Assembly (NCBI GenBank): GCA_963169815.1
Contig: CAUJDC010000055.1
Location: 1 to 52,234 of the forward strand
Length of the DNA stretch: 52,234 bases
Direction of reading: 5' to 3'
DNA from: Patescibacteria group bacterium
Lineage (GTDB): Bacteria; Patescibacteriota; Gracilibacteria; UBA1369
Part shown: piece by piece, positions 1-8,000 of the stretch
How the letters are laid out: each line of letters begins with the position of its first letter
Position numbering within the stretch: position 1 is the stretch's first letter
Translations under genes and position numbers: made by a program
Notes under the pieces: model-generated
The model's database searches: none
What the model was told of the DNA's origin: nothing
The model's input: only the letters and a program-made list of their open reading frames with translations

Positions 1-2172
1 GTTTTGTTGATTATCAAGTCGATTGAATTGACAGTTTTCAGCAGGATTGAGATCGCGATCAGTAGCCCATTTTGCGTATGGCTCCGGGAAAACAATTTGA
101 GTTTTCGACTGTTCTCCAGGACAAGTCACTTTTTGCCAGAAATTGTCTATTTTAAGCGGCTCTGTACCCTGTCTAAACCATTCTAAAAGTTTTTGCTGGC
201 AGTCGGGAGAAGGCAGCAAGCCAGATACCGCGCAAATTTCAATTTGCTTGAGGCCAGATGGCTTTTTGAAGCCCTGATCTGCCTGTTTGCGTATGGACGG
301 ATCGAGATGATAGAAATTCATAAAATCATGCCAGATTGGCCCAGCACCGTCGATACCTGAGACTTTTTCCATGGCTGTGGCATCGGCATTTCCAACCCAG
401 ACCGCGGTCAAAAGTCGATTGGAAAAACCAAAAGTCCAATTGTCTTTGAAGTTTCTGGTTGTACCGGTTTTGGCAGCCGCCGGGAAAGGTAATTCCAGGA
501 CATTGCCTTCGCCAAAGCTTTTCAGGCGGGCATTTGAGTCGCTCAAGATGTCGATGATTAAGGCGGCGTTTTGTTCGCCCCAATTACCAAAAACGTTGCG
601 GGGCGCTGGATTGTTTTGCTGAAGAATTTCGCCTGTATTGGCATTTTTGATTTCTAAAATGGTTGTAAAATCTCTTTGTTCCCCTAGGTTAGCTAAAGTT
701 AGATAGCTATTTGCCAAATCATAGAGTCTGACTTCCCCACCACCCAGAGTTAGGCTGAGTCCATAATAATCAGGTTGTTGATCGAGTGTTTTAAGCCCCA
801 GCAAACGCAGAAAGTTGAGGAATTTTTCAGTGCCAACTTTTTGCTGGGTGCGAACTGCAGGAATATTGAAAGAGTTAGCCAAGGCTTCACGCAAGCGAAC
901 TGGTCCATGAAAATCCAGGTCATAATTGAGCGGGGAATAAATTCCAGAATCAGTTTTTACTTGAAGTGGCAGGTCTTCGATGATGGTGGCCGGAGTGCTC
1001 GACGTGCCGCTATTTAGCGTCGCGGCCGGCGTATCACCGGCTTGCAGCGCTAGGAGATAGAGGAAAGGCTTGAGAGCTGAACCTGGCTGACGCTCAGAAG
1101 TAATAATGTCGACTTGGCCGGCGATTTGATCGTCAAAATAGTCTTTGGAGCCAATCCAAACTAAAATCTCTCCGGTTCTAGTGTCGGCAGATAGTAAAGC
1201 AGCGTCAGTTACATGCTTATCGGAAATTTTGCCAAGTTGATAATCAATAATCTGTTCGGCTTTTTTTTCCAGATTGAGATCGATAGTAGTGCGTATTTCC
1301 AAACCGGAATAAAGTAAATCTTCGCCATAAATGGACTCGAGATCAGCCAATAAATACTGTACGAAGTGTGGAGCCTCTATTTTGACTTTGGCTGTAGCAA
1401 ATTTGAGTGACTCTGCAGCGGCTTGAGTGGCTTGTTCTGGACCAATTTGACCTAGTTGAACTAGACGGTCGAGTACATATTGTTGACGTTTTTTGGCCGC
1501 GGTTAGATTGACTAAAGGATTATATCTGGAGGGAGATTGTGGCAAACCGGCCAGCATGGCGAGCTCTGCCAGGTCGAGGTCGGGTAGATTTTTATTATAA
1601 TAACGAAGGGCGGCTTCCCCTGCTCCATAAGCCTGATTGCCAAAATAAACGGTGTTGAGGTACTGCTCCAAAACCTGGTCCTTGCTGTAGAGATTACTGA
1701 GGCGAATAGCGTAAATAGTTTCTTCAATTTTTTCGACAAAAGTGCGGCTGCGATTGGTGCCTAGCAGATTTCTAACTAATTGCTGAGTGATAGTGGAAGC
1801 CCCACTGGTGATGCGCTGCTCCAGGGAATTATAGAAAAAAGCGCGGGCGATGGCACCTGGGTCTATGCCAATATGATGATAAAAGTCGGTGTCTTCACTA
1901 GCAATAATTGCCTGTAAAAACTCTGGTGGCATTTCGCTGAGAGCCAGATAAGTTTTGCGGCCCTGGCCTGGACTGAGTACTTCGTAGAGCAGACTACCAT
2001 GACGGTCATAAATCTTGGTGGAGAGATGATGAGGTCTGATGGTTAGAGAATCTGGAATTGGAAGAAAATAGGCGATGTAGATATAGCTGAGCAGCGTTAA
2101 TATCAGCAGAGTAACAAAAAAAACGCCTAAACCTGTGAGCAACCGGCGTAGAAGGGGTTGGCGTTTTTTCAT
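1..2172 (-). CDS. Class A penicillin-binding protein (GT51 transglycosylase + transpeptidase). The C-terminus runs off the left window edge.
   Basis: Absent from the supplied ORF track because no stop lies inside the window. Manual minus-strand translation from ATG (2172-2170) gives 724 uninterrupted codons to position 1. It has an N-terminal TM helix, GT51 motifs (IASEDTDFYHHIGID, GASTITQQLVRN), and transpeptidase motifs SxxK (QPGSALKP), SFN and KTGTT. Confidence 0.9.
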   Translation of the reverse strand, partial: MKKRQPLLRRLLTGLGVFFVTLLILTLLSYIYIAYFLPIPDSLTIRPHHLSTKIYDRHGSLLYEVLSPGQGRKTYLALSEMPPEFLQAIIASEDTDFYHHIGIDPGAIARAFFYNSLEQRITSGASTITQQLVRNLLGTNRSRTFVEKIEETIYAIRLSNLYSKDQVLEQYLNTVYFGNQAYGAGEAALRYYNKNLPDLDLAELAMLAGLPQSPSRYNPLVNLTAAKKRQQYVLDRLVQLGQIGPEQATQAAAESLKFATAKVKIEAPHFVQYLLADLESIYGEDLLYSGLEIRTTIDLNLEKKAEQIIDYQLGKISDKHVTDAALLSADTRTGEILVWIGSKDYFDDQIAGQVDIITSERQPGSALKPFLYLLALQAGDTPAATLNSGTSSTPATIIEDLPLQVKTDSGIYSPLNYDLDFHGPVRLREALANSFNIPAVRTQQKVGTEKFLNFLRLLGLKTLDQQPDYYGLSLTLGGGEVRLYDLANSYLTLANLGEQRDFTTILEIKNANTGEILQQNNPAPRNVFGNWGEQNAALIIDILSDSNARLKSFGEGNVLELPFPAAAKTGTTRNFKDNWTFGFSNRLLTAVWVGNADATAMEKVSGIDGAGPIWHDFMNFYHLDPSIRKQADQGFKKPSGLKQIEICAVSGLLPSPDCQQKLLEWFRQGTEPLKIDNFWQKVTCPGEQSKTQIVFPEPYAKWATDRDLNPAENCQFNRLDNQQN

Positions 2173-2190
2173 TATTTGGGGATTTGAGAC

Positions 2191-2625
2191 TTAAGCTCTC
2201 TTCCAAAACTCAAACCAGCGTTTCTTTTTGCCTGGTTCTTCGAGTAATTTTACCTGGCTTTCCAAAGCAGTGAATCTTTCCTGGAAAACTTTTACGAATC
2301 TCATGAAAGTTTCTTTGTCTTTGCGGTTTTCATCAACCAGTTTGTCGAGACTTCTCTTCTGATCTGCTAATTCATCTTTTGAGGCGTATTCAGTAACGAG
2401 AGAAGTTTGCTCAGCTTCTGCTAAACCTTTGCTCAGACCAGCATGTTCACGATCAACTTTGTACAATTCAAATAGCGCACCTTCCTCAATTAGGTAGTTA
2501 AAGCCCTGTGGTGTTTTTTGTTTTTTGGCATGAAGCTTCTTTGCTTTCAAGGCGCGACGAATAGTCTGAACTGATTTATCTACTGCTTCTGCAGCCTCTT
2601 GGATGGAGTATAAAGTTTCAGCCAT
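2191..2625 (-). CDS. Helix-turn-helix DNA-binding protein (excisionase/MerR-like HTH) with a charged coiled-coil-like tail
   Basis: 144-aa ORF ending 18 nt upstream of the PBP start. The N-terminal segment YSIQEAAEAVDKSVQTIRRALKAKKL is typical of HTH_17/excisionase-type domains. The rest is rich in E/K/L heptad-like sequence. Confidence 0.55.
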   Translation of the reverse strand: MAETLYSIQEAAEAVDKSVQTIRRALKAKKLHAKKQKTPQGFNYLIEEGALFELYKVDREHAGLSKGLAEAEQTSLVTEYASKDELADQKRSLDKLVDENRKDKETFMRFVKVFQERFTALESQVKLLEEPGKKKRWFEFWKRA

Positions 2626-2838
2626 AGGGTGTGACTAGTTAAATTTCTAAATTGGTTTTTCTCAGTATCAAGCGTGACTTCATATTAATGTTTAGTTTTG
2701 CATAATCAAGTGAACAGGCCGAAAAGCCACTTGACGCTTTAGTGGTTTTTTTGTCGGGTTTGTTTAAAACTCATAAGCTGCCGCAACAAAAATAACCGTT
2801 GCAGATGAACGGAGTATTAAATGTGGCTTTAAAAAATT

Positions 2839-2914
2839 TGGTGGGTCAGCCCGGGATCGAACCGGGGACCATCGCCTTAAAAGGGCGTTGCTCTACCAGC
2901 TGAGCTACTGACCC
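2839..2914 (-). tRNA. tRNA-Lys (anticodon TTT)
   Basis: 76-nt cloverleaf read on the minus strand: acceptor GGGTCAG/CTGACCC, D-stem GCTC/GAGC, anticodon loop CTTTTAA, T-arm CCCGG-TTCGATC-CCGGG. The 3-prime CCA is encoded. Confidence 0.9.
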
Positions 2915-2995
2915 AAATTTTGAAATAGCTATCGAATGCGGCGTTATTCTAGCAAGCTCAAAGATAGAATCAAGCTTTTTTTTGAGAATTACGAT

Positions 2996-3568
2996 TTATT
3001 CTTTGTTACGTTGAAGAATACTGATGACTACAAATAGCAAGCCAGGCAAAGCAAACCATACATCATGCCAGTCCAAAAGACCCCTCACAAAGCGGGACTC
3101 TTCGTAGACAGTCTTGAAACTTTCCGCGATGCCAGCTGTTCCACTAATTAAACTTCCGCCATTGGCGAAAACGATAATAGAACTGAGAATTAAACCGCCA
3201 CTGAGCAGAGAAAGCAAAGTAAGGAGAGTGAGATTGATGGCGGCATTTTGGGCTGGTGGATCATCTACCTGATAATCGCCGTAAATTACCAGCAGAACAA
3301 TAATAGCAATGAATACTAAGACTTTGAGAATAGAGGCGAATTGGCCAATACCTCCAGCATAGCCGAGGAAAGAAGCCAGTTTGAAAAAGAAAGTACTTTG
3401 ATTGGCGAGTTTCTCAAAAATGTTTCCCAAACCATCAGCTGAAATAGTAGCTATGTAGGTAGCAATAATAATTTTCAGAGTTTCTTTGCGGCCAATAATA
3501 AAACTATAGGCCGTAACGATGGCAAAGAAAACGATGATAAATAGATCCCAAGAAAGCTTTAAGTCCAT
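2996..3568 (-). CDS. Multi-pass membrane protein, possibly CvpA family
   Basis: 190-aa ORF with 4-5 hydrophobic helices. The N-terminal pattern (WDLFIIVFFAIVTAYSFIIGRKE) resembles CvpA-type proteins. There are no catalytic motifs. Confidence 0.35.
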   Translation of the reverse strand: MDLKLSWDLFIIVFFAIVTAYSFIIGRKETLKIIIATYIATISADGLGNIFEKLANQSTFFFKLASFLGYAGGIGQFASILKVLVFIAIIVLLVIYGDYQVDDPPAQNAAINLTLLTLLSLLSGGLILSSIIVFANGGSLISGTAGIAESFKTVYEESRFVRGLLDWHDVWFALPGLLFVVISILQRNKE

Positions 3569-3640
3569 TTGCTGATTTATTTTTATTTTCTGGAATAATT
3601 ATAGGCCAAGTCTCAAATTCTGCAATTGAAATTGTTAAGC

Positions 3641-4663
3641 TTAACCAACAGCCACAAGCTTTGGCTTTGAAGTGCCCTTTCGCTCTTCCTGCAAAGTTCT
3701 GCGGGAAACCAAGACCAAGTCTTCGACTATTTTGATCATTTGATCTGGCGCGATAGTACTGCCGTTGTTTTTATCACTGCCAATCACAGTATCTCCACCA
3801 CCCCAATGCTTATATTGATCAATTTGCCTTAACTGTTCAGCAAAAAATGGTAAAGAAAAATAATTAATATTGTCGGAAATTCTAGTAAAGACATAGCTAT
3901 GATGACCATTAGCAAGTTCTCTAGTACTAACAATGGCCTTATGGCCGGCAGAGATTGCCCCGATTCTAGCCTGCTTGCCTTTTTCATGAATCATAACCCA
4001 ACCTTCACCCTGATGAAGCAAATCAAACCTGGTGTCGGCCTTTTGTCGTCGATGTGTGCCAGCTATATATCTCTTAATACGCGCTGCCACCTGATCCATA
4101 ACATCTTGATAGGTCTTTACATCTCCTTCTTCCAAAACTTTTGATTGAGATGCTTCTCGGTAAGGATCTGTAATCCAGAAAACAGATTGAACATCAGGGT
4201 CGTTTAAATTCATTGGATAAGTGGCGCAGGTAGTATCGATTTTATCCATTAAATCGATTAGCTTTTCCAAACGGCGGCGTGTGTCGCGCAAGACTAAATG
4301 TGGTTCTCTGAGCAGTAAAATACTGCTTGAATCATCTTCATCACAATTACTGACATGGGCAATGAATTTACATAAGCCTTTTTCATCTCGAAAAACTTCG
4401 ATGAGTCCCTGACGTATTTCCATCCAGATTTGAGCGGCCGAGTTTCTGGTATAGAGACGATTTGCATGATGATGATCAAAAGCGGCTCTTGGGGTAAAAG
4501 TGTCTTTTTTGGTTAAACCTGCTACATAGCCATCAACGGCGATACTGTGAGGTGACGATTCTCTCTCGAACTGCTCATAGCTGATGGGATTTTGTCGAGG
4601 TTTGATGACAAGCTGAAAATCCACAGACAGATCACCGTGGCTTTTTGAAACTCTTTCTAACAT
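3641..4663 (-). CDS. Hypothetical soluble protein with His/Asp clusters (FDHHH, NCDEDD, WGGGD)
   Basis: 340-aa uninterrupted ORF with no TM segment. The metal-ligand-like motifs recall DHH/DHHA1 phosphoesterases, but their order and spacing do not fit that family. Confidence 0.6.
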   Translation of the reverse strand: MLERVSKSHGDLSVDFQLVIKPRQNPISYEQFERESSPHSIAVDGYVAGLTKKDTFTPRAAFDHHHANRLYTRNSAAQIWMEIRQGLIEVFRDEKGLCKFIAHVSNCDEDDSSSILLLREPHLVLRDTRRRLEKLIDLMDKIDTTCATYPMNLNDPDVQSVFWITDPYREASQSKVLEEGDVKTYQDVMDQVAARIKRYIAGTHRRQKADTRFDLLHQGEGWVMIHEKGKQARIGAISAGHKAIVSTRELANGHHSYVFTRISDNINYFSLPFFAEQLRQIDQYKHWGGGDTVIGSDKNNGSTIAPDQMIKIVEDLVLVSRRTLQEERKGTSKPKLVAVG

Positions 4664-4768
4664 AAATTATGAGACGAAGCTCTTAATTAGCTTACAGTCT
4701 CATATGTTACGCCTCTTTGTAGCTAAATCAAGTTAAATTAAAACTGCCCAAAAAACCTTCAATGTATC

Positions 4769-4843
4769 TGGTAGTCCCAAGGGGAATCGAACCCCTGTTC
4801 TCGCCTTGAGAAGGCGATGTCCTGACCGCTAGACGATGGGACC
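4769..4843 (-). tRNA. tRNA-Glu (anticodon CTC)
   Basis: 75-nt cloverleaf on the minus strand: acceptor GGTCCCA/TGGGACT, anticodon stem TCGCC/GGCGA with loop TTCTCAA, T-arm AGGGG-TTCGATT-CCCCT. CCA is encoded. Confidence 0.9.
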
Positions 4844-4959
4844 AAAGAGTTGAGGATATGTTCACATATTACCACAAAGAAATTTTTCCCAAAATTATTC
4901 TTTGCTTGTATATGGCACGAACTGAGCCAGGATATGAGTAAAATTCATTTTGTTAAGTT

Positions 4960-4988
4960 TTGAAAAAATCGTCACAAAATGGTATAAT
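4960..4988 (+). promoter_or_regulatory. Sigma-70-type promoter of the giant adhesin gene
   Basis: TTGAAA (4960-4965), a 17-nt spacer, then TATAAT (4983-4988) preceded by TGG (extended -10). It lies 34 nt upstream of ATG 5022 and downstream of the TTG start used in the ORF track. Confidence 0.6.
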
Positions 4989-5021
4989 GATGAGAAAAAT
5001 AAAACAAAAAAATTAACATTT

Positions 5022-8000
5022 ATGAGAAAACAGAAAAAAATCCGTTATCTACTGACGAGCTTTTTAGTATGTCTCTTGACTTTTGGATCGGCACTTCAGA
5101 CTTTTGCCGCAACCATAGTTGTAGATACCAATGATGACGATAATACCATAACCGGTGATTGTGAATTGCGTGAGGCGGTTACTTCAGCCAATTCCAACAC
5201 AGCGACCGATGGCTGTATCGCGGGTGAAGTTTCTCCAACTATCGATAGTGTTCAATTTGACCCTGGAATGGTCGGACAAACCGTTACACTGACTGGTGGA
5301 CAACTCCCAACCCTTACTGAAACAGTTGAAGTTGATGGCGATATTACAAATGATGGGGTACCTGATATTACTATTGATGCTGGGGGCGTCAGTAGAGTTT
5401 TTGATGTAAACGCGCCTGATGTGACTGTGCGCGGTTTCAACTTCCTAAATGGTGCGCAGGCAGGTGAAAATGGAGGTACAATCAGGGTGCGTTCCGCGGC
5501 TGATTTATCCTTGATCGATTCAACTGTAAATGAAAGTCCGGCAATTGGTACTGCCAATGCGGTTAATGGTGGTGCCATCAGTGTTGAAACTGGTGCTGAT
5601 GATGTTACTTTATTTAATGTGGATATCGCCAATACCAGCGCGTCCGATGCGGGAGGCGCGGTGTATATCGGTTCTGACGCGGACACTGTACTGATGCATG
5701 ATGTTACGATCAACGATACGACAGCAACTAACGGAGGTGCGATTTTTGTTGATACTGAAAACACACAGGCAGATCCAGAAGATCTGGAATTGCAGCTGGA
5801 ATATTCAAGTATTCAAAATACTACTGCCACCAATGCAGTGGTTCCAGCGCATGGAGGCGCAATCAGCCTAAATAACAATGTGGAAGCCAATTTAGACAAT
5901 GTTACTATTGATAACAGCCAGGCGGACAATCATGGTGGAGCGATTTATACTTCCAACGAGACAATTCCTCCCACCGTTGACACAGACAATCTTGTCATGA
6001 CAGACACTTCCATCAGTAATTCCACTGCCAATATTGATAATGGAACTTTCAATGGAGGATGTATTTATGTTGGAGATAATGTTGAAGCATTGTCAAATAA
6101 CAATTTAAATCTCAATACCTGCGAGGGGTTTTGGGGTGGAGGAGTATACGTTGGCGCTTTTGCTAAAATGATTATCAATGGTGTAGCGAGTTTATTGAAT
6201 AATTCCGCGCAAAATGGTGGTGGAATTTATATCTCCAGTGGTGCAAATTTTACCAATGATGGTGTAGGAGCTTTGATCTTCAATTCTAATTCGGCCGCTC
6301 TTAATGGCGGAGCAGTTTATATCCAACCTTCAGCCGCCAGTGATGTAAATATAAACAATGCTGAATTTCATCAAAATCAAAGTTCAGTGGGTGGTGGTGC
6401 GATTTTTGTTGATGCGGACAATACATTAAACATTACTGATTCTGAATTTTTTGAAAACAACTCTGTCAAAGGAGGTGGTATCAATGCACAAGGTGGTGCA
6501 ATAAATCCAGTTAATGTAAATATTTCCAATTCGAACTTTGAAGGTAATGTAGCCAGTGGTGGCTTTGATGGATATGGGGGTGCGATTTACGCCGGAGTAC
6601 GTACCATGATGACGCTGGACACAATCACAACTGACGTACCTGATTTTATATCTACTGGTAATTCCGCAGGTGTTGGAGGTGGATTTTTATGGATGAATAA
6701 TCCCGGTGACGATAGCACCCTGACCATCAATAATTCTGGAATCCATGACAGTACTGCACAAATATGTGGAGCACTTAGGGTTGATTCCGCTTATACCCCT
6801 CTTTCGCCACCAATTCAATTGCATAATGTCCAATTTTCCGGCAATACGGCCACCGCGCCTGGTGGATTTGGAGGAGCTCTGTGCAGTCAGCGTGGTAGCA
6901 TATTGATGGATAGCGTCACTTTGTCCAACAATACTGCTGTACTTGCAGGTGGAGGATTGGATTTGGAGGCAGCAAGCGGTAATCTGTCGACTGTAATAAG
7001 CGGTACCTCTAGTTTTATTGATAATTTTTCCGATAGCGGTGGTGGCATCTTTGTCGGCGGTTATGGATTTACTTCAGAATTATCCATTATTGGAGCTACT
7101 TTTTTAAGTTTCTTTACCGGCCCATCTAGCTCTGGAGGGGTAATTTATATTTTAGAATCAGATGTAAACATTGATGGATCAGTGTTTACTTCAAATGATA
7201 CAGCCTGGGTAAATGATGGAGGTGCTATTTATAATGATATAGGAAATCTTTCCATCAATAATACGACAATCAGCCATTTTATAGTAAATGGTAACGGTGG
7301 TGCTTTGTATAACAGAGGCGGTACAAATACTATCACTAATTCAACTATATCCAATAATGCGGCCAATACGTCCGGAGGTGCTGTTTACTCGGCCAGATCT
7401 GGCGCCAATGTCACTGTCAATCAATCATATATTGGAGAAAATAGTGCGATTAATGGAGGAGCGTTTTATATCGATAAAGGAGGTCTGGAAGTGGTTAACT
7501 CCACAATCAACAATAATCAGGCTAATGGGGGCAATGGGGGTGGTTTCTTCCTGGGGACGCTGGCAACTGGTATTAATATTTTTTCAACTACCATTGCCCA
7601 TAACAATGCTTTCAATCAGGGCGGAGGATTACTTATCAGTGCCGGTATTCTGGTTGATTTGGCCAATACAATCATTGCCGACAATACTTCTGGGGTAACG
7701 GGATCCAACTGTGAAAACAATGGTAGCTTCTCGGCATCAGGACACAATCTGATCAGTGAAACAACCGATGGCTGTGGAACTGTATTCCAGCCAACGGATA
7801 TTATCAATATTCCAGCTCATCTAGGCGCCCTGGATTATCATGGTGGTACAACTCTAAATTATACTTTACTTCCAAATAGTCCCGCTATCAACAACGGTGG
7901 AGTTGGACAGATCGTAGATCAGAGAGGGGTTGCCAGACCACAGGGAGTTACACCAGACATAGGATCACATGAATATGAAGATAATGTCCCGCCGACCATT

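Noticed and set aside
2191-2914. Excisionase-like HTH next to tRNA-Lys as the remnant of an integrated element
   Set aside because: No integrase, att-like duplication of the tRNA 3-prime end or compositional shift is visible. The HTH gene appears to be operonic with the PBP gene.
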